Notes under the pieces: model-generated
Told to the model about the DNA's origin: nothing
Database searches by the model: none
The model's input: the letters and a program-made list of their open reading frames with translations, nothing else
Shown: positions 15,674 to 28,046 of the stretch, piece by piece
Layout: each line of letters starts with the position of its first letter
Numbering within the stretch: position 1 is the stretch's first letter
Source: a virus
Reading direction: 5' to 3' (one strand)
IMG/VR virus record: IMGVR_UViG_3300036861_001052
Span: 32,001-96,000 of that record
Length of the DNA: 64,000 nt
Translations under genes and position numbers: made by a program

Positions 15674-16165
15674 AGACGCCTCCATGGCTTTGGAGCGGCT
15701 CGTGTGGTGGCTCTATCCCTGGAAAAACCCGCCGTACTTGAGCCCGCTCAAGCGGCACCTCGAATTCCTCAAACCGCAGAAGGAAGACGACGAGTCAGCT
15801 AAAGCTTTACCTGGCTCTGTCGAGTAGCTTGTAGGAGCGATCCACGCGCTTACTGCGCGGCGCCTTCTTATTCCGCAGAGCCTTGCAGGCGCAGGCCTCT
15901 ATCTTCACCTGCTTCTTCAGCCAGCGCGCCGCGTAGGTCTCCATGTACTCCTGAGCACGACGGAGGTCGGGAAACTTGCCGGCGTAGTCGTGCCCGTGAT
16001 CTCCGAGAAAGCCTTCCGGCCCCTCATTGGCTCCCTCGACCACCAAGACGTGCCAGTCGCCGTCTCGTTCGTTGGTCGACATGACAAGCCGGCGGTCCTT
16101 GTGGTGAAGCACGCATGCAACCTGAGCCGACACTACCCAGATCATCGGCAGACGCCTGATAAGCT

Positions 16166-16969
16166 TCATTCTGCTGCCTCGCTCTCTTTCTCTTCCGGAG
16201 GACAAATCTTGACGAGGGCCTCGATGTCCTCCGCGATGTGTGCCATCCGGTGCTTGTAAACGCTCTCTTCGGCCCGGAGAGTCGCGATGGCGCTCGTCCG
16301 ATAGGCGCGATTCGTGAGAGCGCGTACGGCCTCGCCTACGTCTCCGTGCGCCCACGTGTCGATCATGACGCCCGACTTCTTCTGGAAGGTTTCGACCCTT
16401 TCGCGAAGTCTGTCTCGCTCCTCTTCGAGCCGCTCGATGCGCCGCGCGAGCTCTCCGTGACCGTCCTTTGCCCCCTCTTCCTTGCCCTCGCTCCGCTCAC
16501 GGCGGAGAAGGTCGTCGAATGCCTCGCCGTGCCGCCTGAGGATCGCCGCCACGAACGACTTCGTGAGCGGCTTCGGGCTGAGCTCCGGCGCCTTGACGAC
16601 GATCTTCGCCTTCCTTGCCTCGCTCACCTCGTAGAGCCCCCAGGTCGGGGGGAGCTCGTCCGGCGCGATGAGCCCAGCCGGGGCAGCGATCCACCACCTG
16701 TCGCAGAACGACTGGATCTCCTCCGCCTTCTTCGGGTTTTTGAGCTCACGCTTCCAGTCGGCGCGGTCGACCTTGATCTCGAAGCCGTGCACCAAAAGAC
16801 CTCGTGACGGCCAGATCCCCATGACGATCGCGTCCGCCCAGCGCCGTTGAGTCCATCCGACTCCGTTACCGACCTGCTCGAAGAGCGCGTACGCCGGAGA
16901 CGGAAACTCTGCCCTGAGGGCCGCGATGCAGCCCACCGCCGAGACATCGGCCACTTCTCGGTTTTTCAT
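16166..16969 (-). CDS. MmcB-like PD-(D/E)XK nuclease-fold protein
   Basis: WADAIVMGIWPSRG...GFEIKVDRADWKRELKNPKK...CDRWWIAAP...ELPPTWGL. Confidence 0.8.
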   Translation of the reverse strand: MKNREVADVSAVGCIAALRAEFPSPAYALFEQVGNGVGWTQRRWADAIVMGIWPSRGLLVHGFEIKVDRADWKRELKNPKKAEEIQSFCDRWWIAAPAGLIAPDELPPTWGLYEVSEARKAKIVVKAPELSPKPLTKSFVAAILRRHGEAFDDLLRRERSEGKEEGAKDGHGELARRIERLEEERDRLRERVETFQKKSGVMIDTWAHGDVGEAVRALTNRAYRTSAIATLRAEESVYKHRMAHIAEDIEALVKICPPEEKESEAAE

Positions 16970-17225
16970 TGTTCCCCGAGGGGTTCAGGGTCGATGCCGC
17001 TACCCTCGCAGCGAGCGCAGGGATCTTCGTTCCCAGCCGGCACTCCGTAGCACCAAGAGCACGCCTCGCGAGCCACGGCGCTGACGGCGTAGTCGAGCAC
17101 GACTGGATTGCGCTTCTCGAAGAGGGCCATCGCATCCTTCGCGTCTTCCGCGTCGATGATGCACCGCATGTACCCTTGCCACGAAAACAGGTAGCGCCGT
17201 AGACTCGTCTTCTTTCTGTAGATCA

Positions 17226-17501
17226 CTACGCCGCTCTCCTTTGCGTCTCGAACCACTCTTCTTCTTTGGCCCTCTCTCGCTCTTCCTTCCGCCACTTCCA
17301 CCAGCCGTAGCAGTTGATGCAGAAGAACGTGACGGCGTTCAGGATGATGGGCTTACTCCCAAGCTGCACGCCGTAGAGGCCCCAGCTCACGATGGCCACG
17401 ATGCGGATCACCCAGCCCGAGCGCCACTTCCAGGCAAGCATCATGTTGCCGGCGACGTTCAAGGCAAAAGAGAGGAAGCCGTTTGCGTCCGCGAAGGTCA
17501 C
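17226..17501 (-). CDS. Small PnuC-like membrane protein
   Basis: GTG 17501; three TM helices, LAWKWRSGW...INCYGWWKW. Confidence 0.6.
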   Translation of the reverse strand: MTFADANGFLSFALNVAGNMMLAWKWRSGWVIRIVAIVSWGLYGVQLGSKPIILNAVTFFCINCYGWWKWRKEERERAKEEEWFETQRRAA

Positions 17502-19373
17502 GGGGCCGCCTTCCGGTCGACAGGGAAGAGGGGGCGCTTGATATCGCGGCGCGCCGGCGCGCGCGTGAGTCGTTCTAGCGCGCGCTCGGGCGCCGGCGGC
17601 GGCAGGTCTGCCGCGACGAGCGTCACCGGCAGAGGCGTGCACTTCACCGGGGCCGGCAGGCTCGGCACTCGGAGAGCCGGGCGCCCCGCGGCCGCCCCCA
17701 CCAGGAACGCTACCGCCACGGCGGCGACAGCGATCCAGTATCGCTTTTTCACCGGTTTCGGAGCGAGGAGGGCGTTCATGGCGGCGGGATGGAGGCGCAC
17801 GGTCGCTTTGACGTCGTCGCGAGTTACCGAGACGGGCGGACCGAGAAAAGATCCCCTGGCGCGGCTCATCACGTCCGCCTTGACCGTCTTCTTCATAGGC
17901 CCTGCTTTCTCGCCCACTCGGCCCACGGCGTGTCCCGAAGGGAGAGATCGTCTCCGTGCTCGTCGCAGTAGGCGACCTGGCGGGCGATCCACTTCGTGCC
18001 GATCTTCACGCACCCCGACCAGGAGCACCGGGGGATCGTCTCGACGAGCGCGAGGAGCTCGGCCGTCCCCTGAGCGCTGTGCTCGTCCAGCACGGCGAGC
18101 ACCGCCGGCACGCAGTGGTGAAAGGCCTCGGCGATGTCCTGCGCGCACGTGTTGCAGAATCCGGGCTCTTGATCCGAGTCGTCCTTCCGATGAAACAGGC
18201 ACCGGCAGCGAAGACACGAGTCCGGCTCTTCGTCGTTCGGGGGGCCGATCGAGGCGTGGACCCGACGCAGGCGCTCTGCGCAGTCGTTCATGTGGCGGGA
18301 CCTTGTCGCTTGTCGCTGTACTCGGCTCGCACCTGCCGTAGCACGGCGTAGAGCCCTTCGGTCATGCTGAGCAGCGTGTCTCCCGCTTTGGCGCGCAAAA
18401 TTGCATCCACGACATCCGTAGCCCGAATGAGGACCGCTTTGGCCAGGTTTCCGAGAGCAATAGGTCCTCCCGGCCACCGCCACTCACCGCTCTTCCAGGG
18501 GACGTGACCCCATGGGTCCAGCACAAGGTCGCTCCCCTTCGTAGGCTCGGGAGGCTCCGTAAGATCCAGGATTCGATTGTCACGCTCCTCGAGCTTCCGC
18601 CCGAGCACGACGGCGAGGGTTCCGAGCGCACTCCGGAGGTCGTCATTGTCCAGCCGGAGCCTGTCCACGTACCGGCTCACCTCGTCCTGGAGCTCCCGGA
18701 ACCAAGTGACGCCCTTCACCGTCTCCCAGCGCTCGCCCATGGGCGGCGTCCGGAGCTTCTGTTTCATCGCCTCCACGTCGTGGTGCCGCGGCTCGTTATA
18801 ACTGCTCTGCCGCGTCCAGCAGCTCCGATGCAGACCGGACCATCGGTGCTGCGCGTTGCCGGGCAGGCTCACCAGGTACTCCACGGGCTCGCCGACCCGG
18901 CGAAGCGACGCGTCGTGACGCGGCAGCTCACAGAAGAGGCACGTGCACCAGACGTCCTCGCCTTCTGCCGGCCTCACCTTGAGGACCAAGGGAGGCGTCA
19001 ACTCGCCCTCGCTCACTTGAGTCCCTCCGAGATCGGAGGAAACTTCGGATCCATGCTCCAGGCGATCGCCTCTTTCTTCAAGCAGACGACGGTCGGACCA
19101 AACCCCATCACGGCCACGTACCCGTAGTGCTCGCAGGTCTCGATCGCTTTCCACTTCCTTTCGTACGCCCGGTCGAACTCAGCGTCCGACCCCGAATCTG
19201 ACGGCGGTCGCGCCGCAGCGCTCGCCGGCGCCCCCACCCTCGCCGCCACGGCGGACGGCAGCGACATCGGCACCGCGCTCGGGCTCTTTCTTGGAGCCTC
19301 ACGCGCGTTGCAAGAGACGAGCACGAGGAGGACCGCCACGTGGCGCTCGGTCATATTGAATGGATTCATCGGT

Positions 19374-20216
19374 TTACTTTTCTGCAACGAGTACGCTCAC
19401 TCCGACTTTGCCGTCCGCATGCTGCTCGACTCGGAAGGCCCACGAGCGCGGGGGATCCCCGAGTCGCATGGCCCGCACGTAGCCGAGCTTGAAGTCCTCG
19501 CTGCTTAAGAGAGTCGACGCCTCGATCAGGGCCGGCTCCGGGATCTCGCTCGGCATCGCGCGCCGAAACCCCTTCACCGGCGACTTGTCCGGGCGCTTCT
19601 GCATCCGCGTGAGCCACTTGTCCGCGCGGCCCCACGCCCTATCGTCGGGCTTACAATTGCCTCCGCTCCCGTACCCCATGAACGTCGCCGCCACGCGCTC
19701 CCGGCTCGCTCGCTGCCCGATCCAGACGCCGCATTGCTTCGCGACCGAGACCCAGACGCGCGCCGTCGCGTCCGCGCACCTCGCCGTGCTCTCCTCGTCC
19801 GTGCCCGAGAGGGTCTTCCACTCGTCCTCCGGTACGAGCCTGGACGCATGGATCTGACCGAGACACTTGGCGAGGCCGCGGTCCTCGTTCCAGACGGGGT
19901 GGCCGGTGCCGGCATGGATCCTTTCGTCGAACCTGGTCTCTTCGTTCGTGAGGATGAGGATCGCCATCGCGAGCTCGCTTCCCGTCCAGCCCTTACCGTC
20001 TGCGTACGGTACGACCGCGTGGGCAAAGCCACGGGACAGCCTCTCGAGCCGAGCAAGCTCCTCGCTTTCGGTCTCCCCTGGAGCATGCGAGCGGGGCAAT
20101 TCCCGCGCCGTTTCGAAGAGCCACCGTGCGAGGGGCTCTTCGTGGGTCGCATGCGCGGGGATCCCGATCCCTAGAATCAAGCAGACACTGACCATGAAGA
20201 GTCTCAGTCGAGTCAT
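19374..20216 (-). CDS. Secreted protein, possible lysozyme/lytic-transglycosylase-like fold
   Basis: Signal peptide (MTRLRLFMVSVCLILGIGIPAHA), ILTNEETRF...CLGQIH resembles the SLT E-S/T and G-Q motifs; family tentative. Confidence 0.45.
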   Translation of the reverse strand: MTRLRLFMVSVCLILGIGIPAHATHEEPLARWLFETARELPRSHAPGETESEELARLERLSRGFAHAVVPYADGKGWTGSELAMAILILTNEETRFDERIHAGTGHPVWNEDRGLAKCLGQIHASRLVPEDEWKTLSGTDEESTARCADATARVWVSVAKQCGVWIGQRASRERVAATFMGYGSGGNCKPDDRAWGRADKWLTRMQKRPDKSPVKGFRRAMPSEIPEPALIEASTLLSSEDFKLGYVRAMRLGDPPRSWAFRVEQHADGKVGVSVLVAEK

Positions 20217-22817
20217 GATGCACACCTCGCCGCAAAGCCTGGCATAGGGGCCCATGCCCTGTCTAGATTCCGGCACAAGACCAAGAGCTCTCATGATTTT
20301 TCTTTGATGTCGTCGAGCACGTGCTCGGGCGCGATGTCCGTGCGGTGAGAGTGCTCGATGGCCAGATGCAAGTCCCTGCCGAGCGCGCGCCGGGCGCGCA
20401 CTTCTCCGATGAGCCGCCGGAGAACGCTCGGTCGCGGCAGCTGGCCGGTCCAGTTGTCGTTCTCGTGGTCGCTCTTCTCGAGCATCTTATCCATCTCGAT
20501 GAGCTCGCTTTCTTTCAGCGCGCCGAAGATGCGGCCGCAGGCGCTGCAGCGGTTCTTGCCGTGCGACATCGCGTCGAGCGGGCTGTCGTGCATGCTGCAC
20601 ATGGGGCAAGTTTTCCGGCTCATCGCTGCTTATTCAGATACTGTCCAGGCACCACGAGCTCGATAGCATCGAGGAGCTGGTCCATTTCCTCAAGGTAACT
20701 CGCTGGCGCCGTCGAAACCCGCAGTTCGTCACCAATCCGCGATACGAGGTTGTGAGCCCTCGCCAGGAGCTCCCACTCGCTCATCTTCTGTGGGTCGTGC
20801 CGGCGGAGCCACTCCTTGAGCTGCCGGAGGAGTGACCGCTTGTGACTGAGCTCGGCGAGCGCCTGGGTGCGCCACTCGAGATCGGAGCGCACGGAGAGAC
20901 TGTCCTGCAGTCGATCGACCTCTTCGATGAGCTCGGCCCGAAGCTTGAGGGCCTCGTCGTAGCTCCGCGGCTCACCGAGGATCGCCTGCATTGGAAAGTG
21001 CGCCTTCACTGACACGACTCCATTCTCCGGCACGTGTACCCGGTCGCGGTCCAGCCGCAGACGTAGGGGTGCCCCTCGAATTCCACGGGATCGACCGGAA
21101 CGCCGCCCATGGGGGAAGCGTAGCAATTTCGCCGAACGCCCAGATCCCACGCAAGCCACACGAGGAGACCCCCCATCGCCACGCAGCCGACCACGATCAT
21201 GCCCCGCAGAAAGCTGTCGAAGCTCTCGTCCTTCATAACGCGCACCACATCGCAAAGAACAGACACGCAGCGGCGAGCATGAAGCAGAGTGTCGTAAGCC
21301 ACGGCTCCGAGCTCCCGATGGCAGCGCTGACAAGGCCACAGAGCGCCAGGATTAGCACGACGATCGTCACGCTCTTGACTCGCTTCTTCTCTGCCGCGTT
21401 GGCGATCCGGAGCGCAACCTGGGTACGCGCGACGACGTTCTTCGAGAGCAAGCCCTCGTCTTCGAGCGACTGAAGGAGCCGCACTTCTTCGTCGGATAGG
21501 TTCTCCATCACCAGAACCTCCTTCCTTTCTGAATTCGCGGAAACCGGACAAGCACCGGCCCGAGCCATACGCAAAACTCTCCCTGGATCGTGAGGCGATA
21601 GCCGTAGCCCCAGCGGTACGGCTTGAAGGCGCGCTCCCAGCCGAGCCACCAGACCGAGATGGTCCACGACGAAATGAGAGGCTCGACGGGCCTCGGCTTG
21701 ATCGCCCAGCCGCTCATAGGGACCTCAAGAACGGCGACGTCAGGTACGAGGCCGCGAGGTAGCCAGCGACCCCGAGCACTGCCATCCGGGCGACCGGACT
21801 CATCCAGTAGCTCGCGGGCAATACGACGAGCTTTGTTCCGTCGAACTCTGCGCTGTGGTCGCCCGCGCAGACCAGCCTGACCGCGGAGACGGCGCACACG
21901 TTGTAAAATTGGGGGCGCACGACGAACCGCTCGGCGTCGAATGCGCCGCCGAGCCGTGCGCTCTCGAAGCGGCCGACGGAGAAGCCCACGCCGTGGTACC
22001 AGACCCAGACCGAGGAGCATAACGGGCATCCCCCGATGGGGCAGAGTCTGTCCGGGAGCTCGTCCAGGTTTCGCTCTCCGACCTCGAGCCAGATCACTGG
22101 GCCTCCGACCGCCGGCCCCCGCGGGGGCGTGCGCTCTTCGAAGTATGTAGGCAAGTCGAAGTCCGTCATCATCTCGAGCACCACCACGCGACGACGATCG
22201 CCAAGACGACGAAGGCCACGGGCACGATGAGCGCAGAGAGAGCGCTCCCGGGCTTTGGTCTCGGGCGACGGGTCTCCTCGAGAATGGTATTCGAGGTGCC
22301 GCCCTCCTCTGTCACGGCGAGCGGAAGAGCCACATGGGCCGACTCCGACACGCCGGCGTCGTCGAAGATCCCGCCCGTGCGCTCGCCCGCGATCTCCTCC
22401 TGCATCTCGAGCTGGGCCCTGTAGTGCTCGCGCACGACCGGATCCTTGATTCCGGCAAGGGCCTCTTCCATCAGTCGCTTGTCCATGTTGTCTCCTTTGG
22501 TGTGTCGCCGGTCTCGAGCGCCTTCGCTCGTTCGTGATAGTGCGCCGCAATCGCTTTCAGGGCGTCGCGGTCCCGCTCGGCCGCACGCGCCTTGTCCCAG
22601 ACGAGATCCGCGAGCTCTCGCCACGCCGACGCGAGGCGTGTTTTCTCGGCGGCGAGCTCGCCTTGCGCTTTTTCGACTAGCTCGGCGCGGCGCACGGTCG
22701 GAAGCACGAGCTCCCGAGCAGCACGGAGCTCGACGCGAAGGCGCCGGGCTTCTTGCGCTTTCGACAGAAGATCCTTCCAGTCGAAGAAGCCGTGGCTCCG
22801 GGCGAGGCGATTCGGGT

Positions 22818-23716
22818 TCATAGGATGTGGGAGACTCCGAAGGCTGCGGCCGTTATGAGCACGAGGTTCTTTTCGCCTTCGATCGCGTCGTCCTTGACCA
22901 TGGGTTTGTACGTCATGTGCCCGAGCTCGCGGAGCATCGCCGCAGGCTCGGCGTTGCCCCCAGCCTGCCGGATGACCGAGAGCAGGTACTCCTGACCCAT
23001 GGTGCCGCGCATTGCCCTGACGAAGCAGACGGCCCAGAGCGCCTGGTGCTCGCGGCTGTACTGCCAGGTCTCTTCCGCGCCGTGCCGCGGCCAGCGGATC
23101 AGCTGCCTGACTTCTTCGCCGGCCAGATCTGGTAAGAGCCTCGACGCGAACGCCACTTGCGCCCGATCCATCTGCTCGTCCCGAAGGAGCTCGGAGGCGC
23201 ACGAGACCCAGAGCCGCGCGCGGGCCTTCTGAGGCCCCGTCCACTTGACGGAGTTCGAGCCGAGGAGGACCAGCTTTCGGAGGCCGTCTTCGCTCATCAC
23301 GAGTGAGCCCTTCTCGTCGGCGAGCGCCATCCCGCTCGGACTCTTCTCGGTCGGCTTGGTGTGCGCGCCGGTCGCGTGGAAAACCGGTGCCATGACGTCC
23401 ACGAATTTGACTGGATCTTCGACGAGGCACGTGTTCAAGAGGAGCTGCGCGTAGCCCGAGGTCAGGGTGACGCCGAAGGCGCCTAGCGCCATGACGCCCG
23501 CGCTCGCGGCGTGCACCTGGTCGACGGCGACGCCCGCGTGGCGCGCTGCCAGCCCGAACGTGATCTCCCAGAACGTGCTCCCCACTTTCGGTGACCGCGT
23601 CCCCGGAGCGCACCAGCCCTGAAAGCCTTCGTGCTTCACCCATTGCACCCAAGGCTCGCCGGTAGGCGTGCGGGGCGACGGGGGAGGCGCCGCGTCTCTG
23701 ATTGGATCGAACATCA
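22818..23716 (-). CDS. Hypothetical protein (about 300 aa)
   Basis: Long ORF with normal codon usage inside the operon. Confidence 0.6.
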
Positions 23717-25155
23717 CGGGCGCTCTACCTCGTAGGGCCACGTGGTGGCAGTGATTTTCTTGATCCTATGGACGGGGATGCAGCGGAGCGTGGGCGAGCC
23801 CCACCTCCAGAAGCCACGCTTGGTGGCCTGCTCGAGAGCGAGGTCGATCAGATCCTCTGCGAGCTCGGGCTCTCCGTTCTCGATGCGCCCCTTGAGCACG
23901 CACGTCTCGCGCGAGCCGTCGTCGAGCGTGAGCACGAAGTGCACCTCACCGACGTCGACTTTTTCTGCCGCGAACATTACCGCCCGCGCGGCGTCGGCGA
24001 ACAAGGGCGCGGTCACCATGTCGTCGGCAAGCCTCTCGGCCGCCGTCCTCTTCTTCCACGGCCACATCAGTGTTCTCCGATCCACTTCTGAACGAGCTGC
24101 AGGCGCTTGAGCTCGCGCTCCAGCCAGCTATTCCAGTAGTAGTCACACTGCTCGCCCGACGGAAACCGGTACCAGATGATGCCCGTGTCGGAGCGATACC
24201 TCCGTCCGTCAGAGAACTCGAGCTCCCACTCGTCGTCGACCTTCGAAAGGCCGATCGCCCGCGGGGAAGAATCAGGAGAACCGTCGCGACGCACCTGATC
24301 GAGGAGATTGCCTACGAAGACGCCGCACAAGAACGCGATAAAAAACTCTAACCACATCATGCGTCCCCCAAGGTCACCCAGTGCGGGAGCCGTTCGAAGA
24401 GCTCGACGAGCTCGGTGACGATGCGTTCGCTGACGTCGGTGCGCGGCACGTCCCACTGGTAACGCCACGGAAGGCCTGTCGACGTGTCGACGAGCTGGCA
24501 CTGCGGGATCGCCCCCGGGACGTACACATCGAGAATCTTCGGCAAGTTCCAGCGGGCAAGCTCCGGCTCAGGCTCCCGGAGCCAGAGCCACGAATGCTCC
24601 ACGAACCCAAACCTCCCGTCACAGACCGGGAGCTTCAGCATCCGGCCGACGGCGCGCGCAAGCTCGTGGCACCGGATCGGCTGCCTGGTCTCTTCGTCGA
24701 GGTACGGCGCCACGCGCACCATGCGCTCGGCGCGCTCGCGCGCGAAGAGCTCCTCGCCCGTGAAGATTTCTGCCGCTGCGTACCCGATCATGATCGCTTC
24801 CCCTAGAACGCTGCGAGCCAGCCGACGAGAAGCGCGACCGACGCCACGCAAACCTGCAAGATGCCAACCTCCAGCGGGCCCTTATCGTTTGTGGGGGCAG
24901 AGGCGCGGGCCGTCAGAAAACCCAGGAACACACTGAGGCCCACCGCGTGACCGAGGGACAACGGCGGTGCATGAAAGACCGGCGCCACGTGCCACTGCCA
25001 GAGCTTCATCGCCACGAATCCCTGGTAGAAGGTCACCGGCACGATGAACAGGAAGGCGATGAACACCTCGGCGCCGTTGTTCGTCCTGGCGGACTTCGAG
25101 AGGACGTGGGCGGCCACCACCCCGCTTGGATCTCCGACAAACTTCGGACTGACCA

Positions 25156-25707
25156 TTATTCCTCCCCCTCCGGCTTCTTCGCTCCCGGCGGGAGCATCTT
25201 CGCCAAGAACTCCGGGCTCGCGACCTGCCGGAGGATGCTCTTCACGTCGCGCTGGTACCACTGCTTGAGCGCGCGGTTTTCGGCGGTATCGGGGATCCGG
25301 CGCGTGTCGATGATCTCGTCCTGCCGCGCGAGCGCGACGATCGAGCGCTCGACCTTCTTCGCACGGTCGCTCTGCTTGTGGCGGATGACGTCGGCGTCGT
25401 CGACAGACGCCCGCGCGCCGAGACCGCGGTGCCGGATGAGAGCACGCTTGTACTTCGCGTGCAGGAGCTTCTCCGCGCGGCCCGCGCAGCCCCGGATCGC
25501 GTCCACCTCTTCGGTGTCCATCCGAGGGAGGCGCCCGTAGCCCTCGACCGCCTTCAGGATTTCGTTGTAGGCGGCAAAGTTATACGGGTGCCGCTGCGCC
25601 CACCAGTCGAGGAAGGCGGCGATGCGCGCCGGCTTCGAGAGCGCCGTGTCGAGCGGAAAGCCCGCGACGTCCCGGGTTCCCGTTTTACTTTTACGAACAG
25701 CCATCAC
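25156..25707 (-). CDS. Hypothetical basic protein
   Basis: AAGGAG RBS, directly after the J-domain gene. Confidence 0.6.
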   Translation of the reverse strand: MMAVRKSKTGTRDVAGFPLDTALSKPARIAAFLDWWAQRHPYNFAAYNEILKAVEGYGRLPRMDTEEVDAIRGCAGRAEKLLHAKYKRALIRHRGLGARASVDDADVIRHKQSDRAKKVERSIVALARQDEIIDTRRIPDTAENRALKQWYQRDVKSILRQVASPEFLAKMLPPGAKKPEGEE

Positions 25708-25708
25708 T

Positions 25709-26608
25709 TTACTTCTCCTTTGGCAGAGCCCGGAAACCCGGGTCTCGGTAGTCCTGGATCACGCGCCACGCCTCCATCACCGCCTCGAACTGCGGCCTGG
25801 TAGCGTCGCTGCCGTGCCGGTCGGGGTGGTACTCGCGCGCGAGCTCCTTGAAGCGGCGCTGCGCAGTCTTGAAGAACGCCTCCCCGGGCGCTTCCGTCGT
25901 GCTCTTCGGCGGATCGAGATGCAGCGTACGGCACGCCTCCACGAGCGCCCGGCGCGTGATCGCGACCGAGAGCGGGACCTGCCGGCGGCGCCGGGTGCCG
26001 ATCCTCGACTGGAATTCGGCGAAGACGACCTTGAGATCCGTCTCGAGCCGCTCGATGTCCGTCGCGAGCTCCATTTCGGAGTGCCCCATGAGTCGCTCCT
26101 GGACGTAGCCACGGATGAGGCCCCGGAGCTCGATCCAAAACTGTCCCTCCGACGTCTTGCCGCTCGAGTCCCGCGGCGGACGCTCCGAGACCGCGCTCTT
26201 GCTCTTCAGCCACGCGGGGCGGCGGACGATTTTTCCAGCGACATGGTAGATGTTTGGGCGAGCGTCGTACTCGGCGAGCACGCGCGACAGCACTTCCTGA
26301 TCGGTCTCGCCGCGCCCCTTGGTTTTCTTCACGGTGTGCGCGAGCTCGCAGGCCGTCCGGAGCATCATGTCCTCCTCGACCCGCTGCCAGAGCACCTCGA
26401 AGGCGTCGCCGTAGCCGAGCAGGCGCTGCCGGAGCGCGATCGGATAGCGCTGCGTGCCGAGCACGGTCGCCACGTAGTCGGCCCGGTCGCGCTTTTCCGT
26501 GCGCACCTCGAGCTTGCCGTAAAGGTTCCACATCTCGAGCTCGATCTCCGCGCGGGCGCGTTCGGTGTGGGCGCTGGCGTGGTCACGGATGAGCTCGGAG
26601 AGGGTCAC
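25709..26608 (-). CDS. Protein with C-terminal DnaJ (J) domain
   Basis: AQRRFKELAREYHPDRHGS...FEAVMEAW; GTG start 26608. Confidence 0.8.
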   Translation of the reverse strand: MTLSELIRDHASAHTERARAEIELEMWNLYGKLEVRTEKRDRADYVATVLGTQRYPIALRQRLLGYGDAFEVLWQRVEEDMMLRTACELAHTVKKTKGRGETDQEVLSRVLAEYDARPNIYHVAGKIVRRPAWLKSKSAVSERPPRDSSGKTSEGQFWIELRGLIRGYVQERLMGHSEMELATDIERLETDLKVVFAEFQSRIGTRRRRQVPLSVAITRRALVEACRTLHLDPPKSTTEAPGEAFFKTAQRRFKELAREYHPDRHGSDATRPQFEAVMEAWRVIQDYRDPGFRALPKEK

Positions 26609-27194
26609 GGCTGGTCCTTTCGGCGCTTTCGCTCTTCGGACGTCAGGTCCACCGCGATCCCGTGGCCCACGTAGTGACCGGCGAGAGCAGCGGCGGCCAT
26701 ACAAAGGAGCGTGTAGCGGTTCACGGCAGCATCGTTCCCTTCGCTCGCTCTAGCTCCAGATCGAGACCGAGGGCATCGTGAATACGCGCCCGCGTGTCGA
26801 GCCCGCCACGATGGTAGGCCCAGGCCATCCAATTCAGCAGAAGCTTGGCCTGCGCCTCGCTCAGGCGAACCTCCGCGCGCATCACCGCACCATCGGGCCA
26901 CGTCACGAACCAATGGTTTTCCGGATTCCGGCGACCTTCGCATTCTCGCGAGGCCGTGAAGCCCATATCGCAGAGCACCGTCTTCTTCGGCTTTCCTGGT
27001 ACGCGAATTCTTTTTAGCTTCGCCACTCTTCTACGGTCCTTTCTCGTCGACCTTCTTGTAGCCGTCGACGGCGAGCCAGCCGACTCCGACGTAGCCCAGC
27101 GTGATCCACAGAAACCCGATCCACGGAGCCGGGGCCCACGGCGACAGAAGCCCCGCCATCGCGAACGCCATCGGAAAGATCCATTGCGCGTCCT

Positions 27195-27698
27195 TCATTC
27201 CCACGCCTTTCGGAGCGCCTCGAGCTCGCGAGCGAGCGCATCTTGCTTCTCGCGGATATGGACGACGTTCTCGAGGATCGCCGCCGTCATCTTGACGAGC
27301 GCGTCGAGTGCGGTGGCGTCGTCCCCGGCTTCCTCGACCGACGGCGCCTCTTCTGCTTCAGCGGCCTGGTCCGGCGGCACGAAGATTTCGGTAGCGCCCG
27401 CGCTTCCCGGCCAGAGGAGCGTGCCGACCTCGTTCGCGAGGATGATCTGCTCGAGACCGGGCGTTGCCGTGTAGACCTTCGCCGCTTTTCCGAATGCCGA
27501 GATCTCAGGCGAGAGCGTCACTGTCACGAGGCCCTGGTCCTCGAGTCGCCGGAGGAGCCTCGTGCGCCAGCTCCAGCGAAAGTTCGGGCCGAAGAGCTCG
27601 CGGCCCGTCGCGCCGCGGTCTCCGGCGGCGCGGAGATACTCGAGCGCCTTCGTTGCTTCCGCGAACTGCTGAGCGGCTCTGGCAGCGTAGTACCTCAC
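27195..27698 (-). CDS. Putative winged-helix DNA-binding protein with coiled-coil tail
   Basis: ALEYLR...ATGRELF...LLRRLEDQGLV...KVYTAT resembles wHTH. Confidence 0.5.
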   Translation of the reverse strand: MRYYAARAAQQFAEATKALEYLRAAGDRGATGRELFGPNFRWSWRTRLLRRLEDQGLVTVTLSPEISAFGKAAKVYTATPGLEQIILANEVGTLLWPGSAGATEIFVPPDQAAEAEEAPSVEEAGDDATALDALVKMTAAILENVVHIREKQDALARELEALRKAWE

Positions 27699-27885
27699 TC
27701 GCCGAGGATCTCCTTCACGCAGATCTCACCGGGCCCGAGGGAGAGGACGTTAGACATCGACTTTCCTTTTTCTTTTTCCCGGGCGCGTCATGGCGCGGCG
27801 CGACCGGGGGGAGAATCAAGGCGCCGCCAGGGCGCGATTCATGGGGGTGTGAATACGGGCGACCTGGCGACGTCCTTGGCTAGCA

Positions 27886-27914
27886 GTGATAGCCAATCGG
27901 TACGGATATGTCAA
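27886..27914 (-). promoter_or_regulatory. sigma70-type promoter for the leftward operon
   Basis: TTGACA-17 nt-TATCAC on minus strand in the divergent intergenic gap. Confidence 0.6.
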
Positions 27915-28046
27915 GCTCCCCTCTGTGACCCAAAGTTGCGGGCCGCGACCGGGGGGGCTCCGGGGCGCGGCCCGCGTCTCCGCCCCCAAAGGAGTTAGGC
28001 GAGCGGAGAGCTACCGGCTAATCCACGAAGGAAAAGGAATCAAGCG

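Larger units (their letters stand above)
15807..27757 (-). other. Leftward operon of about 25-30 small, translationally coupled early-type ORFs
   Basis: Chain of 4-nt start/stop overlaps (e.g. 15807-16169, 16166-16969, 16966-17226, 17498-17896, 17893-18291, 18288-19016); mostly hypothetical, several with CxxC pairs or TM helices. Confidence 0.75.

Noticed and set aside
22818-23716. Possible inactivated lysozyme-like protein
   Set aside because: Only a vague resemblance, with no catalytic residues identifiable by eye
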